This document shows positions 13,642-27,531 of a DNA stretch of 64,000 bases, piece by piece. Position numbers and translations under genes: made by a program. The DNA is from Coniocarpon cinnabarinum. Its lineage: Eukaryota. The notes under the pieces are model-generated. The model was not told where the DNA came from and made no database searches. It worked only from the letters and a program-made list of their open reading frames with translations. Within the stretch, counting starts at the first letter, position 1. Each line of letters opens with the position of its first letter. The stretch lies in NCBI GenBank assembly GCA_051942205.1, contig JAVECO010000002.1, positions 62,001-126,000 of the forward strand, read 5' to 3'.

Positions 13642-14234
13642 TTAATACTTGGCCTTGTCATCCGGATGGGCTGATTGCTTGACCCTGATGGGCTCGTACA
13701 GCATATCGTAATCAACCTTGCGCGTCACAAATCTAGCAAGAACGGATCACAGCGTCAGTCGCTCAGGTCATATGGAGCTGCGAAACCTTGAGAGCATCTC
13801 GTAGCTTACTTCATCACCTCAGGATCTACCAGGCGCGTATTAAGACCCATGAACGGGGTGGGTTGCTCTTTCTTCGGCCACCAGTAACACCTAATCGGAT
13901 GCAGCACACGCGTCAGTCAAACATTCGATCCGATCCCATACTGAGAACCTTTTGCGAGGCTCAGATATGTACGTTGAGCTTACAAGCACCCGCACTTGGT
14001 GCAAAAATCAAAAGAGTGGTCGCAGTCGCCCCAGATGTACTTGTTCGTCGCGGCGCCCTCCTTGATGTCGACCTTGACTTCGGCTGGATCGTAATATGCC
14101 CAAGCTGAGGCATAGCGACGGCAAAGGGTGCATTGGCATTCGTTGACTTCAGTGGGCCGGCGAGGCGCGGTGACGGAAATGCCACCACAGTGGCAGGTGG
14201 CTTTGATGGGGGTGTTGGACTTCTGTTCTGCCAT
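13642..14234 (-). CDS. GFA / CENP-V (Mss4-like) zinc-binding protein, 3 exons
   Basis: ATCHCGGI...ECQCTLCRR...FCTKCGC Cys pattern. Two GTAAGC...CTGAC...TAG introns add LCYWWPKKEQPTPFMGLNTRLVDPEVM and KFVTRKVDYDMLYEP...KAKY*. Confidence 0.9.
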
Positions 14235-15301
14235 CTTTTGCGCTCGAGTGACCAAATGGACTTCGACCGGCGTCAAGCGAGTGTCTTATATGCTTTCAGC
14301 AACTCGCCATGTATTTCAAAGCCCATGCTGATTGGGCAGAGCTAGCCTGGGTGGATACAGGTGCATAGGCAGCAGTCGTACTAGAAGGACGGCTCGTCCA
14401 GCTGCTGACTCGTCGTTGGACTGACAAGAGTCGAGTCAAGTGTGTCTTTGCACGACTGAAGGCTATTTTCTGCGGTGCCACGTTAAAAGCTAGCGAAATA
14501 GTAGCTAGCTCTGGCCTGTCCGACTCCGAGCCTTCCAAGAATCCCTGCGGATATATGCGGAAACCCTCCGCGGATCTTATTCTTCACCAAAAAGCCATGT
14601 AACAATCCGTCGCTACCTGATGAGACGCCCAGCTCTTCATCAAGGTTCACACTCACAAAGATGAAACAAGCGCCTGTGACCCACGCGTCTTCGAAACAAA
14701 ACGCGCCGTCAACTACACTCCCTTGACCTCAATGAAAGCGGCGACTTCTCACTCTGAGACGCCGCACCGACGACACCATCACGCTCGTCGACACCTCTGC
14801 CAGCGCATGTGCCTGGGATCTCAAGAGCTAAGAAGACAGCATAGGTTTGAAGATGTGCAGGTCTGGGATGTACATAAACTTGCACGTGACTTTGAGACCG
14901 GGGAAAAAAACGTTGTGATGGTCAGTCCAATGCGCACCTTTTGAAATGATGGACGCGTGCTTGAGTTTGCTTGAGGGAAACGCGGCTTGTTCTTGATGCA
15001 AGACGCTCTTTTCAACCCAACAAGGACTTGAACACAGGAAACATGACCAATTACAGAGGGAGGTTGTAATGAAGCGGCCAATGCGCACGAAGCTTGTTTG
15101 AAGGCATCATGTAGAGCCTAGACGAGCCTTACTACGCAAAGGAAACTGCAAAGTCCTGCAAACAACAATCATTGCCATCTATCATTTCAAATCATAAAAA
15201 ACTATACAAGCACGAAAAATCCAGAGTCCCGCCCTGAACAAATGCACCAAACAACACCCCCTCTACTCCTCAAAATGCATCACCCGGCGCCACACCAAAG
15301 C

Positions 15302-16423
15302 CTAGTGCGACGCATGCGCCGCTGCATGCCGCGCTTTATGGCTAAACCCCCCAACGCTGCGCTTCGCGATCTTCCCATCTTGACAATGTGTCCCCTGCGC
15401 CAAAGGCTGAGGGACCGCGAAATTATTCATGTCGCAGATGCCGAACTGCGCGGAGCCGATGCAGACGACTTGGCCCGGGTTATTGCACGGGACGGACCCG
15501 GCCTTGGGCGCGACGCCCGGGGATGCAGGAGCGGGGGAGGCGGCGCCGCCTTGAGCGCCTGACGTGGAACTAGAGCCGGCGGGGCCTTGGGCGCCGGGGG
15601 AGGATGCTTGTGGGGCGGGTGCTGCGGCGGCGGGGGGAGCGCCTGCGCCGGAGGAACCGCCTGCGGAACCACCGGATGAACCACCAGCTGCCGACGCGCC
15701 ACCACCACCGCTGGGAGGAACGGTGCAGCCGTTTGAAGATGGCGGACAGCTGGGCGGGGCGTTGCCAACAGTAGAATCCGTCTCGACGGAGTCACCCGGG
15801 TTGGGGAACACGACGTTTTTGCTGTCCGTGGTTTTGATGGTCGGTGCGCCGACATTGGCGATGAACATGTCAGGAAGCTTGTTGAAGGTGTCGGGAGAGC
15901 CCTTGGAGCCGCTGACGGTGACAGGGGCGCAGTTCATGTACATTTCGCGGTTTCCAATCTTGTTGAACCAGGTCCACGCGAGGGCGTAGTCACCGTTGGG
16001 AACGGTGTCCGGGATGGAATACGTGTACGTGTTGGCGCCCGAGCCGGCCGAGTTCTCGGGAAGATTACCGGCGGTCTTGTTTGAAGGGCAACCACCGATG
16101 ATGGAGTGGATGACTTTGAATTTGGAGTCCTTGGTGGGGTTCTTGTCGGTGGTCAAGCTCACTTGACAAGAGCCACCGCCGTGCACCGCAGACCCTTGGA
16201 ACGAGAGTGTTTGTGGAGCGCCAACGGGCATTTTGTTCTCACCTTTCGCTGCACCGTACACGCCGGGTCGTTGCTTGCATGGGTAGTCTGAACCGCCCTG
16301 ATCCAACGGAAAGTTCGACAGAGTATCTTGAGCAAATGGATGGGGTGAGACCATGATCATATGACCATTGGCTGCAGTGAAGAGGGCGGCAACGGCCCCG
16401 ACGAAGGCCAGCTTCGAGGACAT
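15302..16423 (-). CDS. AA11 lytic polysaccharide monooxygenase (chitin-active family) with G/S/A/P linker and Cys-rich C-terminal X278-like module
   Basis: Signal peptide ending ANG followed by His1 (HMIMVSP). Motifs DYPCKQR, SAVHGGGSCQVSL and YALAWTWFNKIGNREMYMNCAP. C-terminal CNNPGQVVCIGSAQFGICD...GTHC. Confidence 0.93.
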   Translation of the reverse strand: MSSKLAFVGAVAALFTAANGHMIMVSPHPFAQDTLSNFPLDQGGSDYPCKQRPGVYGAAKGENKMPVGAPQTLSFQGSAVHGGGSCQVSLTTDKNPTKDSKFKVIHSIIGGCPSNKTAGNLPENSAGSGANTYTYSIPDTVPNGDYALAWTWFNKIGNREMYMNCAPVTVSGSKGSPDTFNKLPDMFIANVGAPTIKTTDSKNVVFPNPGDSVETDSTVGNAPPSCPPSSNGCTVPPSGGGGASAAGGSSGGSAGGSSGAGAPPAAAAPAPQASSPGAQGPAGSSSTSGAQGGAASPAPASPGVAPKAGSVPCNNPGQVVCIGSAQFGICDMNNFAVPQPLAQGTHCQDGKIAKRSVGGFSHKARHAAAHASH

Positions 16424-17818
16424 GACGCTTTGAGTAATGAATGCAAGTTTTGTTGAATATAAAAAGGGAGGTCTAGACACAATTCGACGGGTAGAAGGAA
16501 TGAAGCCCAGGCTCAAAGTGTGTGGAGAAGTTGATCTAACCGGTAGATTGCGCTGTGGGTAGGATCAGCTTTGTTAGAAGGAAAGAGAAAGGGTGCTGAG
16601 CAGCAGGTCCATGAAATAACAAAAAGTTGCAAACAGTACACGAACGGTGCAAAAGCGATGACTGACGCGCACATCCGGCACAGAGAAGCCTCAAACGCGG
16701 CGGTCGAACGTCTGCACAACAGCGTGCACAGTGCTTGCTCAGTATGTGCCCAACGTCACGCCGCCTTTTACCAGGCACTTTGCACGTTTGATGCCAAGAG
16801 AGTGACTTACCAGGCGAGGAATGAATGTCGTCGGTGCCGTGGAAATGAATGTGTTAGTCAGAACGAAGGACAGTCAAGCAAATGGAAAACAGGCACAGCC
16901 TTCAAGGACTTCAAAAAGGAACGGTATGCTCACTACGACCTTTGGCAAGTATTGCTAGCATTCCAGAAGACAAAGGGAAGAGAAGCTGGAAGGAGGCGTG
17001 TGGAATTTGAAGGTCGCGTCGCACCCAGTGGCAATCATGATGCGCATGAACCAAGTTGCACCATGACAGCTGGAGCAACTGTTGGCTTGGCAAGCAGAGA
17101 CGCAGAGCATGAAACACGAGCGTGGGGTCAGACTCTCATCTGGAAGCACAGTTAGCATTGGAACCTATTGCAGCCCTGGACTAAGCTATGGTGCCGGCCA
17201 CTGATGCTGGACTCGAAGCAAGGAGGTGGACAATGGCTGCTGCGCGAGTGCTTCGGCACGTTCGGCAGTTGCTCTCAGGGCGAAGAGCAGGAGGCGTTTG
17301 GCGTGGGCGAGCGACGCGCAAGGTGATGTGCCAGAGGCTGCGACGTTTGGCGAGGAGAGAGGTGGGAGTTTGCAACAAAGGGTGAGGTTTCCTCGGTTGG
17401 TTGTCAAAGAGCGAGAGGAGAAAGAGTTGGCGAGTGGCTGTGGCTGCATCTGGGGGTCTCATCACCGACTTCCCGAAGAGGCATTCGACCTCGGCACCTG
17501 ACTCAACGCTGAAACGCGCCCAAGCAAGGCCTTCTTGCGCCAATCATCCACTTTTCCAGCCAGCCTCTCACACATCTTCTTCCTCCTTCTGCTGCTGCTC
17601 TTCTGCCAATCGGCAATCACTCGTCTGCCTTTCTCCATGTTCCGTCTTGGTCATCTCAAGGCGCCGGCGCGCTGTTCGGCTTACTCGCCATATCGCCGGG
17701 ACCCTTATAATGGCATCGGGCGCCTGAGTTGAGTGCGAAACAACTACTACTATTAGACTGACATCGAGTTAGGTTGCGCTCTCATTCGCCTCCTCGTGGC
17801 GCTGGTGTGACACTGCCT

Positions 17819-20800
17819 TCAACGCACATCCGCAGTATCTTCCGCGTCATCATTTCGCTTTCGCCATCCATGTCCACTTTTCTCGAGGCATGTTATCTGA
17901 CCTGCGTAATCGATGCCTGTGTGTTGCTGCGCATCTGTGCCCTGAAACGATCCATAAGCAAAACGGACACGCGACCGGCTCTTGATCTGATCGGTAGAGA
18001 CGCGCCTAGAGACAACGTCATCCAACATGTGGCTATGGAGCGCGTAGCTCACAACTGCTGCGATCGTAGTCGGCATTCTCGGCAACATCTGCTTCAGCCT
18101 CCTTAGCAATAAGAGAACAATCGCCGGAATCTGCGCGCTCAAGAGAGCTATGGCGAGCTCGAATGCATTGGGTGCATAGAAGATGCGCTGCGTTGGTACG
18201 CCAACTGTTCCATCAAAGGCATCGGCGTTTGTGGTGGCAGGGCGGCCATCGCTAGCTTTTGGCACAAGCAGCTGTCGGTTCAAAGCCAAGTAAACCGCGA
18301 AAAATCGTTGCTTGACGCGGTCTGTAGCTGACTTGATGGGTCGACAATGTCTTTGGAGCCCTGCAGAATACTGATGAAGTAGTTCAGCCACGTGCCTGCA
18401 AACACAGCTTGGTGCCAGTCACGGTTCGTGCCCAAGCCCCCAAGCCAGTTGCTCGACACCTGCTCGTACAACGATTTCAATGCTGCGTTTGCGAATCGTG
18501 GCGATGGATCCGACTCAAGCTGGCCTACCGGGGCAGCTCCAATAATTTTACCCGCAGCGTCTACGCTAACATCGAAGGTGCCAGACACGAACTTTGATTG
18601 ACAGGAGAGGACGGTACCCGCTACCGCTGGCTGAGTTGCGTTTTCCGCAAGTAGTTGTTTGCCCTCGCCTGGCAATGGATTCATTCTGAGCCATGCCACT
18701 TGTTCAAGCATTAGCACAAGCCGTAATCGGTCGGCCTCTCAAGAAGCAATTGCTTACCGATAAGAAATGGTGAACAAAGCTGATCGTCAGAATCATTGAG
18801 CTCCTGCGGCCATCCAAGCTGATAGACGGTCTCTGCTGCAAGGCGTTGCTTTACCTCGGCGCCTGATGGTACAGGGTCGTAGAAATTCAGTGAAAAGGAC
18901 CCGTCACACTGTGTCTTATTTGGACTACTTTTGTGAATGGCCTCGTCTTCACGAAAGCCTGCGTACGGAGAAACGGTAGTGACCAGAGACCTCACGTCCT
19001 CCATTCGCGCAGTCGAACCAGCTTCTTCGCAAGTTGCAGAAACGCCGAAACCCACGGTGCGACCACGTCTGACAGCCTCCGGGACCAGCGCGAGTGAAGA
19101 ATTAGGCAGGTCGAAAGGTACGAAGAAATAGTCTTCATTCGTCCACGGTGGAAACGTTGGATCGACTGCCATCGACTGGTCCAGCATATAGAAGTAATCA
19201 TAGTTGGAGTTCGTTGAGCCATCGGCAGCGTCGGTATTACCGCCTGTCATGGGTGGCGCGGTGTCCAGCACTGGTGCATAGGAGGCTGCAAACCGTTGAG
19301 GAGATGTGACAGTCACAGTATTCAATCTGAACAGCCCACTCATCACCACGACCAGGACATTGGTCGACAGTGTCACTATGCAAAGAAACGAGATCACGTG
19401 TCTGCCTCGTTTCAGAGCTCGAAACACGGAGAATTGCGCGGGAACCGCTGTCAAGTTCAAGTCGATAGACTGCTCAGGAGCTATCCCTCTCCTTGCCATA
19501 TTGATAAAAGGCTCCAAGTAGCAAGCGTCGCGCGTCAACATCACGAATGCCAGCTCTAACATTGTCGCAAAGGCAGTAGGAATATAGCTCAGTAGAAGCG
19601 GTCGCACGAAGCTGTTTTGCGAAGGTATGCTAAGCCCATTCTCACGGTCCATTTTCCATTTCAAAGCGAAGAGTATTGCGACAGCCGCAATGACAATAGC
19701 CAGCAGTAAGAGCAGAGCTAGCGTATTCATGCCAATGGGGTAAGAGGTCTTCGAAAGTCGACTCGATTTGCTAGAAGAGGTATGTGTGCCTCGTCGGACA
19801 ACCTCAACCTTAACGTCTGGATCAGGTGAGGAATCGTCACATTTCTCGATTCGAAACACATCGTGCATCATGCCTTCTCCCATGCTTGTCGGCTCGTGTA
19901 AGCATGCTTTAAGTCGATCTTGAAGAGAAGCGCTCACAATTCCAAATTGATCCACCAGAGCAGCTGGATCTGCCGCAAGCTGCATTGGCCGATGAATGTC
20001 AAGAAGGAGAGTCGCCAATGCTAGCAGCGCAAGTAATATCAGTGCCGTTGCTGAGAGCGGTGCGAAGACAATATTGACCGTAATAGCTGGACGCTGTCTT
20101 GCATAAGTCCCCTCAACCTCATGCGTGTCAGTCATCTTTCTCATAGCGGTGTTGACTGCCAACGCAAAGAGAAGTTTGTGCGCCTTTTCGAAGGCATTTG
20201 CGAGCCGTGTTGCGTTTGTATAAGTTTTAAAATCGGGCTCATCACCAGTGAAGGCCCAAGGGTACAAACTAGCCATGTTTGAGACAAAGTCAACATCAGG
20301 ATATTGCATCTTCAGTCGCGAGACCTCAGATGGGATAAGGGCATCAATAATATCAACATCGAAAGTTCCGAACAGTCGACTTTGGCTTGCGTCAACTTCT
20401 GACAATGCTGACACTGCATTCCCAAGAAAATAATTGTAAGACGTTGAGTTGAAATCCTCCAGGGAGAGCATGGCGGCATCACCACTTGGCGCCACTCTGA
20501 TCACGGAGGAGTTCTCTATCCAGATCTTGGCGCGAACTTGCTGTTGGTGGTAAGCTGGCTGACAGAACAGTGCTGTTGTGGCCTCACCTGAGGAACAGCT
20601 TGCAAAGAAAACATCAGAGTGCTCGGGTCCGCAGGTACACGTTGATTCCGTAAGACCACTTCCTTGTAGTCCAGTACCCCAATCTGCAGACCAGCCCATG
20701 TACTGGACAGAGGTGTTTGGCTGTATGTCGCTTTCGAACTCGATCCACGCATCACATCCTGCGCCGTTGGAAAGATATCGTTCTCCACAGGCAGATGGCT

Positions 20801-21671
20801 TAGCCGCGGAGCATGTAAGTTCGGTGAAGTATGAAGTTGTCTCGGCCTCAAGGTATCCGGCTTGGCCATCGGCATCGTTAAGGCTGGGTACAGAAAAAGG
20901 CTTTAGTGTATACTCCTCTGTAGTAAACGACGGCACGGTTCCATTGAGCCAAGAAATGGTATATCCAGCGTTGAATACTTTTGCATTGAGCTGCGCCTCG
21001 AGATTTCGGCTCGAATCAAAACCGGTACTTGTACTGCATGAAACCACGGATGACTGGGTAATAATAGAGACGTCGAAGACTGTGCCAACTAGTGGTGATA
21101 GAGTTGATGTTAGCAGAGTCGCGATTCCAACAAAGCATACGGTCCATTGCCTGCAGTATGTCAGCCCTTGTACTATGCTTGCGTGAGCAACCTAAGGAAG
21201 CTTTGGTAGAAAGATTAGCACATACCTGCGAAAGATTGCACGTATAGGCACAAGGGCTGCAAATCCGATAGCATAGTCGAGTAGGACAGTTTGCTCTCCA
21301 CATCCGCCTTCAGGCTTCGACAATTGGTAGAATGGTTCTGCTCTCTTGCTTCCAAGATCAACCCATGTCCACGTCAGCGAGACCAATGTCGAGACTGTCA
21401 CGGGAAAGTAGAGATACAGGAAATTAGTACCTGCGGAGACATTATCTATTGATTCAACAAACGCAATGAATCCATGTTGGCTTTGTCGAAGGAAAAGAGT
21501 GATAAGCACGGCAGAGATGATGATGCACGCTATGATGAAGGGGATCAAAATAACAGGTCGCAAGCCTGCTGGCCGCCAGGCTTTGTGCCGGATTGCTGCT
21601 GGAAAAGATAAGTAGAGAGCTCGTGAGCGTCATGCACCGATGATTGACTCACGTAGCGGCTGGTTATTCAT
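17819..21671 (-). pseudogene. DUF3433-like multi-pass membrane protein, copy A, frameshifted near the 3' end
   Basis: Repeated DUF3433-like units FLYLYFPVTVSTLVSLTWTWVDLGSKRAEPFYQLSKPEG and LLSYIPTAFATMLE...LEPF. Introns after MNNQPL, after IFRR and at 18699-18757. The frame changes at 18308-18336 (29 nt here versus 57 nt in copy B). Confidence 0.8.
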
Positions 21672-22596
21672 CTCTGACAGACCACAGCAGCAGCGACTCC
21701 CTTTTCAGCTATTAAAGAAACGCAACTTTGTCGCAGGACCTTACTGCGAACAGCCAAGACTGACCAATCTGTAGCCAATTTGAAGAGGAAGGTCACTGGC
21801 AGCTCAGAACATGCACAGTGCGATAATTGTAGCGAGCATTTGGAGGAATTGAGGGAAAGAAAGAAAGAAAGAAAATTTAAAAGACTGTAAGACAACACAG
21901 AAGACTCAAGTACCAGGGAGTCGTTTGATTTGTATTGCAGTGGGTCCCACGACAAGCAGTAGAGCCGTTTGCACTTGCTGGGCCGCATTGTTGTTTGCTG
22001 CCGCCAGTACGATCAAGTATAGCACGAAACGGGCCCCAGAGCTCAGCGGTCTTTGGGGGGCCTACGAGTTGCGACGGCTACGTTATGAGCTTTGACGCTT
22101 ATGATGGGACGACTCGCGTTTGCTTTATCAATTTCCATCCCAGGAGCCATTGACACGTGATTGTTGAGTCAAGTCACGTGCGCTGGCGCGCCTTTGAAGC
22201 TGTTAGCCGACTCAATGTGCCCTAGAGACAGACGAAACTCCATCAGACTCCGCTGAACGTCGATCGCATAGCTGAGGCTGAAGCTAGTCTGCAAGGTTTA
22301 GCATTCCTTTCATCTGGCGGCAAGGCGCCTGTAGGCATCTCGCCGTAGGGTTTGGACGTCCTGGCAAAATCGTGTATAGCTACGCCTTGTAGAGAAACTC
22401 TCTGGAAAACGGTGCAATATCCGCTAACATCCATCAAGTGATGTTCCGAATGATAAGCAGAAGACAACAAGGTTTGGAAGGTGAGGATATGAGGGACCTC
22501 TACAAATGCAGTGCACCCTAGCTCTGCGGTCGAATCATACTGCCCTTACTACCCGTGACTTTATCGGCTCTTTGAAAAGCTGGAAAAACAACACAT

Positions 22597-25500
22597 CTAG
22601 CTCCACAGTCCAGCTACAGTCCTCGGTGTCTCTTTGAGAGCTTTTGCCTCGGCCTTTTTGGCCTGTTTCCCTGTTCCTTGCCACCATCGTTTCCTTGGCC
22701 TTGCGCCTGCCCTCACCATTTTCTCCACCCTGTCAATTCCCACGTGGGGTCGCCCGTCCGTTCCTGTAAACACGCCGTAAGCATACTTCGTCTCACGATC
22801 TTTCTCGATCTCCTCCAATGTTCTTCGTCCGCTTAGGATGTCTGAAAGCAGCGTGCTATGTCTTACATAGCTCACTACAGCCATAATGGTAGTCGGCATG
22901 CGTGGCAGCATGCGCCTGGGTCGTCGCACCATCACGAGCACCACTGCGAGAAGCTGTACTCCAAGGATTGTAATAGCTATTTCGAAGGCGTGGGGAGCAA
23001 AGAACACACGCTGCACCGGCTCCAAGATCACCCCGGCGACGCTTTCATTGGCTGCCTGATCGACAGCCTTCAAGACCTGCTTGTTGAGTGATAGGTATAT
23101 TGGAAAGAATCGGCGCATGACTTCCTCGACCTGCGGCGCGACGACGTTCGGATCTGGTAGGGGCTTCGCTGGATTGACGATGTCATCCGAACCTGAGAGT
23201 AGTCAGAGATAGTGATTCAACCAAGTTCCAGCAAAAGGCGCGTCGTGCCAGTCCCAATTTGTGGCGGTATAACCAAGCCAATGCGCCGACATCTGTTCAT
23301 AAAGGGATACGTCGGAAGAATTAGAGAAGTGCGACCCGGGGTCAGCGGCGAAAGGCGTGAGCTGAGTTGAGTTCAAGACTTTGCCGGAAAGGTCGACATG
23401 GACGGAGAAGTTTGCGACTCTGAGGGTTGTCGTGCAAGAGAGCGCAGGAGTTGCGATTGCGGGGTGGGAGCCGTTCCGAGGCATAAGAAGGGTACCTTCG
23501 TATGGAGCAGGATTGGTACGAAACCAGATTGTTGCGAAGTATCGATTGCATGCGGCAGTCTGATTCTGCTCCCTATTTATGCTACCGCTGTTGACTTGAA
23601 AGGTTGCTTCGGCTGCAAGGCGCTCTGATGTAGTTCCATTTTCCGTCATAAAAGCTTGTTGAATATCCTCAGGTGTTCCACTATAGAAGTCCAATTCACC
23701 ACCACTCTGACAACGATCGCCGTCTGGTGAATGTGCATGTGCGCCTTTGGACAAAGCAATGGAAGGATCCATTTGCAACGAGAAATCGAACCATGACATT
23801 TCGGTCATGCTGATGTTGATGTTTGACGATGTACACATTGGTTGCATTCCGAACCCGGTAGTCTGTGCCTCGTGGCTTGCGCTTTCGGTGCTATTGCTAA
23901 GTGAGCTATTGTCTAGATCAAAAGGAAGGAAGTAGAAATCTGTGCTTGTCCATGAAGGAAACTCATGCAAAGGATCTATGCTCTGATCAAGCAGGTAGAA
24001 ATAATCATAGTCAGAGTTTGACCGGTGCTGATTTGTAACGAAGTTATATGCCAGCACAGGTGGGGATTGAATCAGCGGTTCGAATTGAATATTGTAATCC
24101 CTTTTACTAGTGTATGTTGTCAATCTTGTCTCGAACAGTCCACTCATCACAACGCTAAGCACATTGCTTGTTAAAGTCATCAGACCCAGTATTGCCAGCA
24201 GGAGGCGACGCCGTCTCAGAGCTTCGAATATTGAGAACTGAGCGGGGACAGCAGTAAAGGTACAGGTGAGAGATTGTTGGGCGGTGGCGCCACAACCGAA
24301 CAGGGCCAAAAAGGGTTGCAGAACACTCAGATCCCGCACGAGCATCACCCAAACAGGTTCCATGAGGGTTGCATATGCCGTTGGTAGATAACTCAGAAGC
24401 AGCTGTCGCACAAAGGAGCTTTGTGATGGCTGAGGCAGACCAGCATCGGTGTCCATGTAGTATTTGAGAACGGCTAGTGCGAGTATTGCAGATACGATAG
24501 AGCCGAATATTAGCAGAAGGATTGGTAAGCTCAAACTCCGCGGATACGGTTTTTCCCCATAGCCGCCTTCAGGCTTCCTACTGGGTTGTGTGAATGTCTC
24601 GACGCAATTGATCTTGGGCGCGGGTGTCTCTAATGAAGAGCCTCCGGTAGAGTCAAGGCTAAATCGCTCCAAGAAAAGGGCTTTTTCAGGCTCCGCACTT
24701 GTAGCTATGACTTCTTGCACCCTCGTAGCCGTTGAGGATCCTACTGAGCCTAGGACGCTGAGCAGAGAAGCCGGATCGACCTGTTGTCTTTGTTCGCGGC
24801 GAGCATTGATTAATAGACATGCTGTGCCCGCTACCGCAAGCAGTGCCAAAATCGACATAGTCGCAATGACGAAAGCCTCATTGACAGTGACAGCAGCCAC
24901 TTCATGACTCAGTGTTCCGCTAGTAATCTGATGGTCGCTTGGAGGCTCCAACATTTTCTGCATTGCGAAAGCGAAGAGAACTTTGTGAGCGCTCTCAAAA
25001 GCTTCTGCAAGTAGAACGGGATCCATATAGCTGCCGAATGACTGCACCTCTTTCGTAAAAGCCCAGGCGACTAGTCCGGCATAGTCATAGTCAAGACGAT
25101 TCACATTTGGGTACTGGTTTTGCATACGAAAATATTCGGGAGGAATGTTAGCATCGCCAATATCTTTGTTAAGTACGCCATACTGCGCGAGACTCTGAAG
25201 ATCCTCGAGAGAGCGAGACAAGCTGTATACAGCTGTATTTAGTAGGAAATTAAAATGGCTCGTATTGAATGATTGTAACGGTAAGCTCGAAGGAGGACCA
25301 GTGGGAGTTGCTGAGACTACAGAGGATGTGACTACGTTGATCACTGCTTTAACCTGTTGTCTGGAATAAGTGGCTCGACAAAAGAGGATAGTCTGATTTG
25401 GCCGTTGAAGCCCCAAGTCTGGCGTTTGGGGAGATCCGCGGTCCGTGATGCTAGCCAGGAAAAGGTTTTCATTGCTTGAATCACAGTCGCAAGACATCTG

Positions 25501-26523
25501 TAGACCAGCTCCATGATAAGACGAAAAGCCCATGTACTGAACAGAAAAGCGCTTGTCATTGTCTACCGTGTCGGGTCCAGCGCCCCAGCCCACCCATGTG
25601 ACGCAGTCACCGTCATTTGAAGCATATGGAGAGCTGCCTTGGTCCTGGACATCTTCACAAGAGGCTGAGTCCACCAAGGAGGCTGGTGTGCAATCCAGGT
25701 CCGTGAAGTACTGCGTCGTCTCTACTTCGACAAACGCATGAGAGTCTTGGACAGCTGCACTTTCGGTAAAAACGACTGGTGCTAAGGCGTAACCTGGTGT
25801 CGTAAAAGCAGGCTTCGACCCATTCAACCACAGAAACGTGTAAGCTTCGTTGAAGAAAGTAACCCCCATTTGCTGCTTCTGATCATCTATTGACATCGGA
25901 CCCGGGCTCTGATTTAAGGATACCGTTGAATTGATAGTGATCGTCTCCAAGTTGAGTACCGCACCCATGAGAGGGGAAAGTGTCCAAGACGCGAAGACGG
26001 TGGCGACGCCGGCGCAGAAAACAGACCATTGACTGCATGAATGATCAGTTTTCGCTGGATAAGAACAATTCATTTTGATCGTACCGTCGCTTGAGTGCCC
26101 TGAAAGGAACGAGTGCAATGAAATCAGTAGCGTAATCCAGTAATATGGTCTCTTCGCCGCTTCCACCGCCAGGCTTAGATAGCTGAAAGTACGGCTCAAC
26201 TCTCTTGCTGCCCACGTCAACCCAAGCCCAGGCAAGAGCGAGCGATGTTGAGATCAGCACCGGGAGATACAAGGATACAAAGCTAGCGCCGTTTGAAAAG
26301 TTTTTTCCGGAGGGGGCAAATAATACGCCACCGTCACGCTTTTGTAAGTAAAGCAACCACGCCAGCATGGCAATCAAGAATGTAGATAAGATAATAAGAG
26401 AAGAAAGCATCAGAGCATGCAACCCAATCGGTGTCCAGTGTCTTGTGGGTTCTACAGCTGGTTGGTTGTGGTGAAGACCTTGAGATGAGAGTACTTACTG
26501 GCACTATTATGGTTGTTGTTCAT
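22597..26523 (-). pseudogene. DUF3433-like multi-pass membrane protein, copy B (tandem paralogue of A), single in-frame TGA
   Basis: Colinear with copy A (VSLYLPVLISTSLALAWAWVDVGSKRVEPYFQLSKPGG; LLSYLPTAYATLMEP). ORF 23203-26235 continues in frame past TGA 23203-23205 into ORF 22597-23118. Two 5' introns. Confidence 0.8.
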
Positions 26524-27531
26524 TGTAGATTTGGGCATCCGCATGGCAGCTCTGGCACTCCTGCCCGAGCTTGAACTCCAGGCCGAGTGTTCGTACATGT
26601 CTGAACCGCTTTCTGTCTGGTTTGTAACATAGCTGACTAACCGTTTGCCATGGTCTTCTTCGCTCCAGCGATCAACTGGCTGTGATCTTCGCATGAGTGA
26701 AAATAACAAACAAGTACAATGTGGGACAACAAGGGGATGACTTCAGAAACATACGAACGGTGGATGAACGATACACCTAACTACAAGCATTTATCAACGT
26801 GACTGACAGCAGCGTCGCATACTGGAGACGCTCAGGCATGTACAGCCATTGCGAGGTCATGCACTCGCTGAGCCGCATACATGCATTGACGCAAACCTCA
26901 CACGTATCACTCACACGGGATGCGGTGGCGCGGTCCATTTAGCCGCTGTCTGATTTAGCGACCTGGCTCAGGCAGCGGTTAAGGAGATTGCCGTCCTCTC
27001 ATTGGCATATCATTTCCGTCAAGCTGCACAGACGCACGATCGGAGTGCGCCAACTCGAATCAGATTGACCAAAGGGCCTCAGCGAAAACGTGATGTTTTC
27101 GAGACTGTCTTTAAGCGCGGTGTTTGCGAGGCCTGCTGTGGCGTAGCAGTGAGTTTGGACGGGACAGTCACTGTGTGGCAGCGCGCCGACATGACGCGGT
27201 GCGTGCTACATTCAATGATTGTGATTCAAGCCTTCGGATGATTGACAAGAGACCAACGCGGTGAGTCAAACACAGGGCGTCAGAAACGCACAGAATCTAT
27301 GAAGTCAGGAAAAAAAAACGCCAAGAAGTCGCCAAATACTTCATATGGCATATATACAGTTGCAAACGCGAGTCACCGCGGCAGGGTGCACCCGACGATG
27401 GAAGCCCATCTATCTATCTGTCTAAAACCCACGCCGACAGATGACAACAATTCCATAAGTCCCGAATTCACCAGATCAGCCTCTTCTCCATACTAGCTAC
27501 CACGTCCGCTGGTCTTAATAGCGTCCCCACG

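Noticed and set aside
18295..18340. Programmed -1 frameshift in DUF3433-like copies A and C
   Set aside because: Both have a T5 run nearby but no canonical X XXY YYZ heptamer, and both are shorter than copy B here, which fits deletions better.
23203..23205. TGA as selenocysteine (also 41998-42000)
   Set aside because: Ascomycetes lack the Sec machinery, the aligned residue in copy A is Ser rather than Cys, and no SECIS was recognised.
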